64,000 nt of DNA from a virus (lineage: Duplodnaviria > Caudoviricetes), in IMG/VR virus record IMGVR_UViG_3300029305_001467, positions 1 through 64,000 of that record, one strand, 5' to 3'. Below are positions 21,461 through 31,232 of the stretch, piece by piece; the stretch's first letter is position 1, and each line of letters starts with the position of its first letter. The notes beneath the pieces were generated by a model that saw only the letters and a list, made by a program, of their open reading frames with translations, ran no database searches and was not told the origin of the DNA. The position numbers and the translations under genes are program-made.

Positions 21461-22483
21461 ATGGCAAGAATTACTGTAAAACCAACAGACACAATGACTA
21501 CTATTCAGAATGCTTTGAATAAATATGATGTTATTACGTTTCAGAAAGGTACTTACAAGATTACTAAGACCTTATCTATTCCTTCAAATAGAACTATATA
21601 TATGGATGGTGCTGTACTTAGAAGACACTGTAGTAAACCTGTATTTATGACCGCAGCTAACGAGAAAACTACCGGATACTTTGGTGCTTATAATATCAAA
21701 GTAATTGGTGGCACTATTGAAGGTATGAATGGTTCTAGTTACAAGTATACATCAAGTAACATGTTCCTACTCTTCCATTCTAGCAATGTAACTATATCTA
21801 ATGTTACTTTCTTAGATATTACCGGAAGTCATGCAATTGATATTGGTGGTTGCAAAGATACAAACATTATAGGGTGTAAGTTCCTCGGATATTGTACCAA
21901 CAATAAAGATTTCAGAGAATCTATTCAGATTGATTATGCTTATGAAGAAGGTATTCCATATTTCAAAGAAGGCTCTGCTTGTTACGATGATACGCATTGT
22001 GAAGGGGTAAACATCATCGGATGCGAGTTCGACAAGTCCCCTACATATAAATCTCAATATATTGCAATCGGTACTCATGCCCAAACTTCTACGGCTAATT
22101 ACCACAAAAACATTAATATCAAATACAATAAAGCTAATGGCAATGGTATCTCTCCGAAGTCACATGGCTTCTTTGTAAGATTGGTAAATATGAGAAATGT
22201 AAATATTATTGGGAATGTGGTGAATAACTATGGACGTTTCGTATTGATTGATAGTACACCAAGCACCTCTGCTAAGAATAAAGGGTGTAGGGATGTGCTA
22301 ATTGATAGCAATGTGATTCTAGACTCCAATGATAAATTTAAGGCAAGCAGTATATATGTGAATGCTACTACCACTAATAAAGCCGTAAACATCACTATTT
22401 CGAATAATGTATTTGACAAGGATGGGGCAACTTCATTCAAGAATTGTACCAATTTGATTCAGAAAAATAATGTTGCAAAATAG
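21461..22483 (+). CDS. Right-handed beta-helix (pectate-lyase-like) protein
   Basis: IQNALN...GTYKI..TL.I.S start; Asn/Ile ladders; HAIDIGG, ESIQID, IGTH motifs. Confidence 0.75.
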   Translation: MARITVKPTDTMTTIQNALNKYDVITFQKGTYKITKTLSIPSNRTIYMDGAVLRRHCSKPVFMTAANEKTTGYFGAYNIKVIGGTIEGMNGSSYKYTSSNMFLLFHSSNVTISNVTFLDITGSHAIDIGGCKDTNIIGCKFLGYCTNNKDFRESIQIDYAYEEGIPYFKEGSACYDDTHCEGVNIIGCEFDKSPTYKSQYIAIGTHAQTSTANYHKNINIKYNKANGNGISPKSHGFFVRLVNMRNVNIIGNVVNNYGRFVLIDSTPSTSAKNKGCRDVLIDSNVILDSNDKFKASSIYVNATTTNKAVNITISNNVFDKDGATSFKNCTNLIQKNNVAK

Positions 22484-22494
22484 GAGGCGGATAT

Positions 22495-22830
22495 ATGGCT
22501 AAAAAGAAGAAAAAGACGCAGACCCAAATAAAGAAGAAGCTGGAGTTTAGCAAGGTTATTTTTGTTTGCACTGCCATTTTATTTACTTTGGTCGTTATTG
22601 GATCTTTTGCTTTAATGTGGCATGTTGGAAGCACAGAAGCTTTAATATGCTTGATTTCTACCACCGGTGCAATGGTTACCACAGGAATTGCATTTTATTA
22701 TACTAAAGCAAAAGCCGAAAATCTTTTGCGTATAAGAAAAGAACATAATCTAACGATTCAGGAAGCAAAATCTGTTATTAACGCAGATTCTTCTTCTAGT
22801 GATGATATAACTTACGGCGAAGAAATGTAA
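22495..22830 (+). CDS. Holin-like membrane protein (2 TM)
   Basis: KKLEFSK + two hydrophobic helices + FYY.KAKAEN. Confidence 0.6.
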   Translation: MAKKKKKTQTQIKKKLEFSKVIFVCTAILFTLVVIGSFALMWHVGSTEALICLISTTGAMVTTGIAFYYTKAKAENLLRIRKEHNLTIQEAKSVINADSSSSDDITYGEEM

Positions 22831-22968
22831 TATGTAATGGCAACCTATTATGAGTTAAGGGCAACGTTTCTCTAATCTTTTGGAGGAAGATAAACTTCAT
22901 AATAGGTTGTTTTTCTTTGGTATGAGTTTATTATACACCAAATATTTAATGAATGAAAGGAGTAAATT

Positions 22969-23361
22969 ATGGATATTTTTTTGAACGGTGTTAAGAATTT
23001 TTTACAAATGATTAATGATAATTGGACAACTATCTTAGTAATTGCCGGTTTGGTGGTTGCTATTGTTAAGAAGACAAAAGATTGGATGGCTAAATCTGAA
23101 GAAGAAAAGATTGCTATTGCGAAGGAACAGATTAGTAATACTGTGCTGAAACTTATCACAAGTGCCGAATTGGAGTTTGGTGATTGGTCGAAAGCGGGTA
23201 GCATTAAGCGCAGCCAAGTTATTGATGAGATTTATACAAAGTATCCAATTCTCTCTAAGGTTGCAGACCAAGACGAGTTGATTACCTTTATTGACGAGGC
23301 AATTGATAATGCTCTTAAGACGCTTAGAGATGTTGTAGAACAGAATAAGGTTGTGGAGTAG
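22969..23361 (+). CDS. Holin (LL-H-like)
   Basis: N-terminal TM, AELEFG...G.IKRSQV, directly upstream of the endolysin. Confidence 0.65.
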   Translation: MDIFLNGVKNFLQMINDNWTTILVIAGLVVAIVKKTKDWMAKSEEEKIAIAKEQISNTVLKLITSAELEFGDWSKAGSIKRSQVIDEIYTKYPILSKVADQDELITFIDEAIDNALKTLRDVVEQNKVVE

Positions 23362-23409
23362 GTTTATATATAAGTAACTCAATGTAACGTATGAAAGGAA
23401 GTGAGGACA

Positions 23410-24567
23410 ATGGCAATAAGAATTTCACATGCAGTTTGTAGCGAAAATAACAGCAAATATGGGAAATTAGGAGATCAAACTACAAAAGAAGTAAGATTGG
23501 ATAATTGGTATAATGATGGATGGAACGTTGTACTTAGACCAAAAGATAAGACTAGGGCGGAAAGAATCGCAACTGCTATGGAGCAAGCTGCCAAAAACGA
23601 TAAGGTAGGATATACACAATCTCAAAGGGCTACGCTTTACACTGAGGCATTAAAGGTTGGGTTTGATATTAGTAAAATTAAAACTGCTTGTGGTTGTGAT
23701 TGCAGTTCTCTTGTGGCTGTTGCTGTTAACGCTTCGGGTATCACTGTATCAAAAGATATTTATACCGGCAATATGGTTAAGGCTCTTGTAGCTACCGGTG
23801 AATTTGAAAAGTTTACAGCAAAACAATACTTAAAAGAAGATTCTTATCTTAAACGTGGAGACATCCTTGTGCATGAAGGAAGTCATACTGCTGTTGTTTT
23901 AACTGATGGAGATAAAGCTAAGAAAGATTATGATTATGAGGATGTAGACAACTATGTATCTGTTACTGCTTTTTGGCTCAATGTACGTTCTGAGGAGAAT
24001 TCTAAGAGCAAGATTATTAAAGCTTTGAAGAAAGGAACAATGGTGCATATAACCAAAAAGAAAGGTGATTGGGGATATAGCTCAGAACATAAAGGATGGT
24101 TGAATTTAACTTATACAAAAAAAGATACAGTGCAACCAGTATCTCCATATGTGGCTTATACTATAACAACTGTAAACTTTAGAACAGAACCAAATAGTTC
24201 GTCTACAAAGACCGTAATTACAAAATTTAATAGGGGTCAGTACTTATTAATTACACAGACAAGAAATGATGGTTGGGTGTATGGAAAGACTAATATTAAT
24301 GGGATTGTAAAATGTGGATGGATTTTTAAAGATTATCTGAGTAAAGTTGAGTATAATAGTTTACGTAGGCGTAGAGTAACTGATGCAACAGGTCTAAACA
24401 TTCGTAGTGCAGATAATAATAAGGCATCTCTTTTAAAGACGATTCCTTACAACAAGGAATTTTATGTCATTGAGGATAGCTCTAGTTGGGGTCTCGTAGT
24501 TTATGAAGATACCATAGGATATAGTCATTTATCCAATAGTTATTCTGAGAAGACTTTTGATTTTTAG
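23410..24567 (+). CDS. Endolysin: NlpC/P60-type amidohydrolase + SH3b repeats
   Basis: DCSSLV...RGDILV...HTAV catalytic Cys/His; three LNVR/VNFR/LNIR...W..GW/Y SH3b units. Confidence 0.85.
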   Translation: MAIRISHAVCSENNSKYGKLGDQTTKEVRLDNWYNDGWNVVLRPKDKTRAERIATAMEQAAKNDKVGYTQSQRATLYTEALKVGFDISKIKTACGCDCSSLVAVAVNASGITVSKDIYTGNMVKALVATGEFEKFTAKQYLKEDSYLKRGDILVHEGSHTAVVLTDGDKAKKDYDYEDVDNYVSVTAFWLNVRSEENSKSKIIKALKKGTMVHITKKKGDWGYSSEHKGWLNLTYTKKDTVQPVSPYVAYTITTVNFRTEPNSSSTKTVITKFNRGQYLLITQTRNDGWVYGKTNINGIVKCGWIFKDYLSKVEYNSLRRRRVTDATGLNIRSADNNKASLLKTIPYNKEFYVIEDSSSWGLVVYEDTIGYSHLSNSYSEKTFDF

Positions 24568-24588
24568 TATCTCTATAGATATAATATT

Positions 24589-24626
24589 TAAGGGTAAGAG
24601 AATTTAATCTCTTACCCTTATTTTTT
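24589..24626 (+). terminator. Late-operon terminator
   Basis: TAAGGGTAAGAG-AATTTAAT-CTCTTACCCTTA-TTTTTT. Confidence 0.85.
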
Positions 24627-24658
24627 ACGATTTTTGAAAACTTGTAAAAATGTATTTT

Positions 24659-24997
24659 TGGTGTAAATTGGTGTAAAGCATAAATACACTTTTATAGGTT
24701 CTCAAAAATATTATCAAGACTCTTTTCAACTAAATAAAATGGTGTAAATTTGGTGTAAATATCGAGCTGTGTGTTTTAAGATTGGCTTAAAATAAGGGTT
24801 TAGGATAAAACGGATGACTTCCGAATTGAGTTAACAAACAAATCAATATATCCTCGCATATCTCCGCATATGTTGATTTTAAAGGGTTTCTTATAATTCA
24901 ACACTCTACATAACTTGGCATATCTACGCATATCTTTTAAAAATTTGGTGTAAATTTTGGTGTAAATGGTGTATTTTTTTGGAAGGCTTGGTGTAAA
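24659..24997. mobile_element. attP-like region with integrase arm-type repeats
   Basis: TGGTGTAAA direct repeats at 24659, 24669, 24740, 24751, 24946, 24958, 24989 (variant at 24967). GCATAT pairs 10 bp apart at 24856/24866 and 24918/24928. Immediately downstream of int. Confidence 0.8.
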
Positions 24998-26164
24998 TCA
25001 TCCGACACCCCTCATTACTCTGAAAAACTCCTCATTTACAAAATCATCCTCTACGCTAATATACACTCTTGCTGTGGTATTATAAGAACCATGTCCAACA
25101 ATCTTCTGTAATGCATGAGGGCTGATATTAAGTTCTGCCAATCTACTACAGAAGGTATGACGACAAGTATGACAAGTCACATTTGGAAGCTTGTCTTCGT
25201 GAGTATTGTTATAGCTTCTTGTAACTCTCTTTGCGTACTCATTCAATCTCGCTGGTAAAACCGGTAAACCGCTTCTTGTGTGAATGACAAATCCAGAATA
25301 CCCATCAACTTCCGTCTTAAACTTATAGGCATCAAAATATGTTTCCGCCTTTAAATCTTTTAACAGTTCATATAAATCATCTGATATAGGAACTCTTCTA
25401 ACACCTGCTTCTGTTTTGGTCGTATCAATATGATAGGTTGTTCTGCTTTTGTCATCCCCTAAAATAAACTGATGATCAACATTGATATATCTTTCTTTAA
25501 GATTAATATCATCCCATGTTAATCCAGTAACCTCTCCTACTCTCATACCTGTTAAGAACATAAGTTTGAAAGCAAGTAAATAATTTTTCCCTCCAAACAT
25601 GTTTTCAGCCGTTGTAAGAAAATCATCTGTTTCTCTTTTTGTTAAACCATCTTTTTTGTTGGTCTTCATATATGGTTCAATACAGCTATAAGCATAATTC
25701 CTTCTGATTAAATCATCTTCAAATGCCATGTTCAATGCCCCAGAAATATACTTATGAACACATTTTATTGTACCATTAGAATAACCTCCATCACTTAATT
25801 CTTTGTAAAATTTCGCAATATCTGATTTAACTATAGTTCTAATTTTCTTTTTGCCAATCCACTTTTTAGAAACCCATCTGTTGTATTCAGAACGATATTT
25901 GTGACGGGTTCTGTCTTTGATATTTGGATTTTGTTCTAGATAACGTTCAAAAAGTTGATTTAGAGTGAAGTCATTGCTGTATATTCCTAGATCAAGATTT
26001 TTACTTATTTCTTTCTCTTTTTTGCGCAATTCATCAAGAGTTTTGGCATATACACACTTTCGTTCACCATCTAAATCATTATAGCGAAACATATAGGTCA
26101 AATCTTTTCTTTGACTTTCACCTTTTACAAGAACCCTTCCTTTGTTATCTTTTCTTCTTTCCAT
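24998..26164 (-). CDS. int: Tyrosine integrase, Tn916 family
   Basis: N-terminal RRKDNKGRVL..GESQRKD arm-binding domain; catalytic TGMRVGE, HTCRHT, GH, VY. Confidence 0.93.
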   Translation of the reverse strand: MERRKDNKGRVLVKGESQRKDLTYMFRYNDLDGERKCVYAKTLDELRKKEKEISKNLDLGIYSNDFTLNQLFERYLEQNPNIKDRTRHKYRSEYNRWVSKKWIGKKKIRTIVKSDIAKFYKELSDGGYSNGTIKCVHKYISGALNMAFEDDLIRRNYAYSCIEPYMKTNKKDGLTKRETDDFLTTAENMFGGKNYLLAFKLMFLTGMRVGEVTGLTWDDINLKERYINVDHQFILGDDKSRTTYHIDTTKTEAGVRRVPISDDLYELLKDLKAETYFDAYKFKTEVDGYSGFVIHTRSGLPVLPARLNEYAKRVTRSYNNTHEDKLPNVTCHTCRHTFCSRLAELNISPHALQKIVGHGSYNTTARVYISVEDDFVNEEFFRVMRGVG

Positions 26165-26238
26165 ATATTCTCCTTTCCTATAGAAGAAAAGAGCCTTGAT
26201 ACCATATTATACCATATCAAGACTCTTCTTTTCAATTA

Positions 26239-26442
26239 TTACCATGTATTAATACTGTCTAAATATTCTTCAAACTTCTTGCGTTTAATTAGGCGGTGTG
26301 TTCCTTTGAACAAAACAAAATCACAACTTGGGTCATCTGTTCTTTCTCTGATGGCTTTTTCGCCTATTGAAAACAACGCAGAAGCTTCTTCTATGGTAAG
26401 ATTTATCTTCTCCCAAATTGGGATTTCTATTTTGTTTCCCAT
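26239..26442 (-). CDS. xis: Excisionase, Tn916 Xis family
   Basis: IPIWEKINLTIEEASALFSIGE...LIKRKKFEEYLD; ATG 26442 with GGAGG. Confidence 0.9.
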   Translation of the reverse strand: MGNKIEIPIWEKINLTIEEASALFSIGEKAIRERTDDPSCDFVLFKGTHRLIKRKKFEEYLDSINTW

Positions 26443-26485
26443 GATACGCCTCCAATCATTTGAAGTATTGACTTGTTTAGAAGAA

Positions 26486-27028
26486 TTATTCCTTTCTATC
26501 AGTCGATCCGAAACCACCATTTCTAATTCCATCTGCTTCGTCATCTTCTGTAATACCATACTGTAAGAAGACTCCCTGGGCAAACGCATCTCCTTGGCGA
26601 ACCTTAAACGACTTATCATCAAGTGTTTCGTTAGTCATCTTTAAAAAGATGTGACCTTCGTTATCAGAATTGTAGTAATCTGCGTCCACTACAGGAATCG
26701 TATTGTCATAACGCATACGATACTTAAATCCCAATCCGCTGCGAGGGAAACACATAAGAACACAATCATCATTCATCTTAGCTCTGATACCAGTAGGAAT
26801 TTTATTGGTCTTACCTGGTGGGAAGTTTAAATCATATGGAGAATAGAAATCGTACCCTGCTGAATAAGCAGTGCTACGCTTTGGTAACTTAATCTCATCA
26901 TAAATCTTCTTGATAACATTTTCTGTAGTGATACCATCAATTCCATTGATATCTAACCCAAAGGTATCAATAACATCTTTTCTAAACTGTTCATAACTAA
27001 CTTTTTCAAATTTTGCTACTCTTTTCAA
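26486..27028 (-). CDS. dut: Trimeric dUTPase
   Basis: SAGYDF, PRSGLG, VDADY, FAQG, RNGGFGST motifs. Confidence 0.95.
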   Translation of the reverse strand: MKRVAKFEKVSYEQFRKDVIDTFGLDINGIDGITTENVIKKIYDEIKLPKRSTAYSAGYDFYSPYDLNFPPGKTNKIPTGIRAKMNDDCVLMCFPRSGLGFKYRMRYDNTIPVVDADYYNSDNEGHIFLKMTNETLDDKSFKVRQGDAFAQGVFLQYGITEDDEADGIRNGGFGSTDRKE

Positions 27029-27283
27029 TTACTTCTTTCCTTTCTTTTGTAGTTCCTTTAAATCGTGTAATCCTTTCTTCCTGTCTACATATAACAATTC
27101 TGCTGCATGACTTCTTGAGAACAAAAATGTCTGCTTTGATTTAGCTTCAGTAGCAGAACAGTGGTCGGAATACACGTTTACAACCTTTAATTCTAATAGC
27201 TCATAATAGTCTACATTCTTCATTGCTCTGACATAATAAACAATATCATTCTTCTTCAACTTCTCATAATCTAAATCAGACAT
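27029..27283 (-). CDS. Hypothetical protein
   Basis: Track ORF, coupled to neighbours. Confidence 0.7.
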   Translation of the reverse strand: MSDLDYEKLKKNDIVYYVRAMKNVDYYELLELKVVNVYSDHCSATEAKSKQTFLFSRSHAAELLYVDRKKGLHDLKELQKKGKK

Positions 27284-27921
27284 TATAATCCCAACTCCTT
27301 ATTCAGATAAGATATATATTCCTTCCACTTGCCAATACTATGTATGTAAGTCTTACCACTCAAACCCTTCTTTGCCATATCAGCTTTAATATCATCCCAT
27401 GTATCCTTTTTGTTAATTAAGGATTTAATATATGCATTTGTTGTATGCGTAAGGGCTATGATATTGCTATTGCCTAATTTTTCAACGATAATCTTATATT
27501 CGGCTTGGTCTTCGTCTGGAATCTTATAAGACTTATTTTTAGGTAAATTCTTTGAACTGAATGGGCTGATATTAGCTCCACTTGTCTTAGGCTTAAGAAA
27601 TGGTTCTAAATCGTTCATATGTTTAGCATGGAAATTAAAGAATACTTCTGAGTCAGATTCTTTAATATTTGTAAGAACATTCTCTCCGAGCTTTTCTTTG
27701 ACTGCTCTTACAATATTTCTTCCTCTACCCTTAGATGGTATGTATGCTTGCAATATGCCTTGTCCAAGACTAAATACTCTAATATTGTGTTGACAATCTA
27801 TATACACATCAATATCTTCGAATGTTCCATCAAGCTTTCTACTGAACATATTTGAGCTTTGATCCCATTCGCATTTCAATCTGTAAATCCCTTTAAATTT
27901 TGTAGTTAAATAATTGGCTAT
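27283..27921 (-). CDS. Hypothetical protein (probable ATA start at 27921)
   Basis: In-frame extension of track ORF 27283-27879 to ATA-GCC-AAT-TAT after GGAGGGAG. Confidence 0.65.
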   Translation of the reverse strand: MANYLTTKFKGIYRLKCEWDQSSNMFSRKLDGTFEDIDVYIDCQHNIRVFSLGQGILQAYIPSKGRGRNIVRAVKEKLGENVLTNIKESDSEVFFNFHAKHMNDLEPFLKPKTSGANISPFSSKNLPKNKSYKIPDEDQAEYKIIVEKLGNSNIIALTHTTNAYIKSLINKKDTWDDIKADMAKKGLSGKTYIHSIGKWKEYISYLNKELGL

Positions 27922-28113
27922 TTTTCTCCCTCCTTCCTTTCTCCTTAAAATGCGTCTTTTATTGGCAAAATGACATCTAAAAGTGCTTGAAAATAAAGGG
28001 TTTTACGCTCCAAGTATTTTCGATAATCATCTCTTAAGACACCACGCATTGCAATTTCATACTGTTTTATCTCATTCTTAATAAAATCTGTTGCTTCTTG
28101 TAAAATCTTATCT

Positions 28114-28290
28114 TTACAGTTTGTAATATAAACCACAATGGCACTCACCACTTTCTTGCTCTCTAAATTCCTTACAAGGGCATTTCGTATCTGGTGTCTT
28201 ATCAATCCGACACGGACAGTAGCCACCATTCTCTTTTAGTTTTGTCAAGATTTCATTAACTAATTCTTTATCTTCGGATACTTTAATCAT
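28114..28290 (-). CDS. Ferredoxin:thioredoxin reductase catalytic-subunit-like protein (58 aa, not in ORF track)
   Basis: MIKVSEDKELVNEILTKLKENGGYCPCRIDKTPDTKCPCKEFREQESGECHCGLYYKL; CPC/CPC/CHC motifs; TAATG overlap with nrdG. Confidence 0.88.
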   Translation of the reverse strand: MIKVSEDKELVNEILTKLKENGGYCPCRIDKTPDTKCPCKEFREQESGECHCGLYYKL

Positions 28291-28763
28291 TAATTAATCC
28301 TTTCTGCGAATTGATTATCACTCGCCAAGTTTACTCCCAGAACTTTATCATAATGACTTTTTTGATTTGGGATATAGCGTCCAAACTTAACCACTATATT
28401 TGAAAATACAGAAATAGCTTTTATATAGTCTTGTATCTCTTCTTTGTAATATCCTGTATAAATTACTACATCGTCATCAGATATTTGTCTGAACCGAGAA
28501 ATCAACTCAAATAAATCTCCAAACGAATCAAATGGTTCTAACCCACCACACACTATAGATTTAGTGATATGATTACCAATATATCTTTCAATTACAGAAT
28601 CTACATCTACTTCAATGTTTTTTGCAGTAGCAAGTGTGCTATTTTGACACACTTGCATACCGCATTCTCTATCACATTTCCAACAACACTTAGGAAATAT
28701 GATAAACATGGAGGGTTTTTTGTAGTTTATGAAATCTTCATCTTGTATTCCTTTTAAAATCAT
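28290..28763 (-). CDS. nrdG: Anaerobic RNR activase (radical SAM)
   Basis: Cys cluster (C.WKC...C....CQN), GGLEP, VIYTGY, KFGRY, LASDNQ; adjacent to nrdD. Confidence 0.88.
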   Translation of the reverse strand: MILKGIQDEDFINYKKPSMFIIFPKCCWKCDRECGMQVCQNSTLATAKNIEVDVDSVIERYIGNHITKSIVCGGLEPFDSFGDLFELISRFRQISDDDVVIYTGYYKEEIQDYIKAISVFSNIVVKFGRYIPNQKSHYDKVLGVNLASDNQFAERIN

Positions 28764-30694
28764 AAAATCCCATCTTTCGAAGCAGCGTCATACCACTGTC
28801 TCTTATCAAATTCATTCTTGCGAATCTTCTGATAGCTACTTGTTGGAACATAGAAACCTACTACTCTACTATAAGTGTCATAGATTGGCTTACCACAATT
28901 CGGGCAATCCTTCGTCCCAATAAAAGCATGTCTATCCTCACAAATACTAATCTTAGTAGTAAATGCAAAGTAAATAACACCCTTGGATGCTACATAGTTC
29001 AACATATCCCACGCAACTTCATCGGTCGGGAATCTGTTCTGAATGTCAATATGTGCGATACATCCACCACCACACTTAGCATCAAACAGAGAACCTAAAC
29101 GACACTTTTCCTGAATAGTACATTTCTCCATAAGCGGAATCCACTGGTTAGAATAAATAAAGTACTTATTCTTCTCGAATAAAAGATTATCTGCTGTACA
29201 AATAACACCGGCACAGTTTTCAGCAGGAATCATTTCTACATTATACTTAAAGTCACATTCATACTCCTTAACAAAGCTATCCTTTACTTCATTAATTACC
29301 TCAAGGATTGAGGTAGCAAACTCAACTGCTTCATCGGAGTAAGACTTATTTCCAAACTCATCCGTATTGATAAGTTCAAATAAATCCATGACTTCGTAAA
29401 TGCCGATGCCACCAATGGTACAGAACTGCTTATCAAATTCTACTGCTCCATCCTGATAATTAGGAAGTAGACCCTTTTCGATGTTTCTCTTCAAAATGTG
29501 TCTCATGGAGTATAAAGCCTTACAATCAAGCATTACTCTATCTCTCAAAATATCAAGATACTTCTTCTTGTTAAACTTACTCTCATAGGCAATTCTTACA
29601 AGGTTAATTGTACTAACACGACAAGAGCCTACGGATAATGCAGTACCACCAATAGAGTTGATGAATGGATTTAACTCAGTGGTATCTGAGAGAAGTCTGC
29701 AACAATTAGACAAAACGCCAACATTATCACTTACAAAGAAGTTAGAATCAGACCACTTTCTGTTGTGGGAAGAACACCATCTTGCAAAATCTTCATCCTG
29801 GAACTTGCCATCCTTGTAAAGTAAACTGTAAGTTAAAATCGGATAAGTAAACATATTATGCTCTCTGATTTCACTTACAACTTCCATGAACACCTTCTGA
29901 CAATCAATTAGCTCTTCAATGCAGTCGATAGCGAATGTTCCATCTGGGAATTCTACTCCACCGAATAATGACTCAAGGTAGCATCTGTCGAAGATGGAAA
30001 TGTTGGTGAAGCTAGACTGATCAATTCTAAGGAATGGCTGATTAAGTCTATAGATAAACTTTTGGAAACACTGTCTCAAATAATAATCAGGAGACTTCAT
30101 ATAATATCCTTCTTCTACATCCTTCTTCCAAAAATAGTATGCCCATACAATTACATTTGGAAGCCCTACTGCGCCTGACTGACGGTTAGATAAGAATGAA
30201 ATAAATTCAATTACATTATCAAAATATGTAGTCAAGTGCTTTGGTGGCTGATGATTGTATCTATTTAAGAAGAACAATCCTTCAGTAGAAAGTCTTGTTA
30301 AATCGTTAGCCCAACAATACGGAAAGTAACTTGCAGTCGCAGAGTCATTGAGATAAAATCCCTTGCTAAACTCCTGTTCTAACCACTGCTTTGCAATTCT
30401 AAGTCCCCACTTCTTCTTCATTTCAAGGAAAATCTTATTAAGACCAAAGAGCTTGTCTGCACTCTTACCCTTTTCCGTCATGAAGCTACGAATATCTCTA
30501 TGGTTTGCATTAGCATTAGGGTCAATGCTAATATCTGCAAGAGTATCCTTTCTAACAAAATTATTAATAAACTCGGAATAATCTAACTGTGATGGATGAA
30601 CACCATTAATGTATTCGAAATCCTCACCATACTTCTTCTTTAAATCTTCAAGGCATCTTTCAAAATCCTTATTTAACTTAATGTTAATCTCCAA
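28760..30694 (-). CDS. nrdD: Class III anaerobic ribonucleotide reductase (no ATP cone)
   Basis: SNCCRL finger loop, IPAE, C-terminal Zn site and glycyl-radical SRVVGFY. Confidence 0.93.
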   Translation of the reverse strand: MEINIKLNKDFERCLEDLKKKYGEDFEYINGVHPSQLDYSEFINNFVRKDTLADISIDPNANANHRDIRSFMTEKGKSADKLFGLNKIFLEMKKKWGLRIAKQWLEQEFSKGFYLNDSATASYFPYCWANDLTRLSTEGLFFLNRYNHQPPKHLTTYFDNVIEFISFLSNRQSGAVGLPNVIVWAYYFWKKDVEEGYYMKSPDYYLRQCFQKFIYRLNQPFLRIDQSSFTNISIFDRCYLESLFGGVEFPDGTFAIDCIEELIDCQKVFMEVVSEIREHNMFTYPILTYSLLYKDGKFQDEDFARWCSSHNRKWSDSNFFVSDNVGVLSNCCRLLSDTTELNPFINSIGGTALSVGSCRVSTINLVRIAYESKFNKKKYLDILRDRVMLDCKALYSMRHILKRNIEKGLLPNYQDGAVEFDKQFCTIGGIGIYEVMDLFELINTDEFGNKSYSDEAVEFATSILEVINEVKDSFVKEYECDFKYNVEMIPAENCAGVICTADNLLFEKNKYFIYSNQWIPLMEKCTIQEKCRLGSLFDAKCGGGCIAHIDIQNRFPTDEVAWDMLNYVASKGVIYFAFTTKISICEDRHAFIGTKDCPNCGKPIYDTYSRVVGFYVPTSSYQKIRKNEFDKRQWYDAASKDGIL

Positions 30695-30707
30695 TATCCA
30701 ATCCTCC

Positions 30708-30908
30708 TTATAATGTGTTGACCCATTCAGCAGCCTTCGAAAAATCCATAACTTCTCCGTCTACTTCAAGCATTGGGACTGTTCGAAACCCCTTCTCTGT
30801 CATAATGTCAACATCAGTAATTTCTTCATAAACAACATCCTTATCATGAAGTTTCTTTTCTAATACTTTACACTTAGGACAGAACGTTGTGTATAAAACT
30901 ACCTTCAT
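30708..30908 (-). CDS. nrdH: Glutaredoxin-like NrdH redoxin
   Basis: CPKC active site, TVPMLEVDG. Confidence 0.8.
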   Translation of the reverse strand: MKVVLYTTFCPKCKVLEKKLHDKDVVYEEITDVDIMTEKGFRTVPMLEVDGEVMDFSKAAEWVNTL

Positions 30909-30998
30909 AAACTAAACCTCCTTTAAAAACTTTATATGTAAACGGTCAAATGACCAAATTTACCAATCTCCATGAAATGCCCAATTTAATACCAAAAA

Positions 30999-31229
30999 CT
31001 AGCGTATAAGGCTGAGAGAATCAATGATTCTAGCGTCACTTTCGCTTAAATTATAAAATTCGATGTCCAACTCGTTTTCCAAATCTAAACTGAAAATACC
31101 CATTAAACTCTTACCGTCAATAGTATACTTACCATGCTTGATAAGAATATCTCCACCTATCATCATCGCCTTAACAATGTACTGCTTAACTTCATCTACA
31201 TTGTTAAATCTAATCTTTGCTCTCATCAT
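30999..31229 (-). CDS. HPr-like protein 1
   Basis: IDGKSLMGIFSL (Ser46 signature); no His15 motif. Confidence 0.8.
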   Translation of the reverse strand: MMRAKIRFNNVDEVKQYIVKAMMIGGDILIKHGKYTIDGKSLMGIFSLDLENELDIEFYNLSESDARIIDSLSLIR

Positions 31230-31232
31230 TTT

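Noticed and set aside
24659-24997. CRISPR array or replication iterons
   Set aside because: The 9-bp repeats are irregularly clustered next to int, which fits integrase arm sites; there is no repeat-spacer periodicity
26443-26622. N-terminal extension of Xis in the track ORF
   Set aside because: It overlaps dut; the SD and family homology begin at ATG 26442
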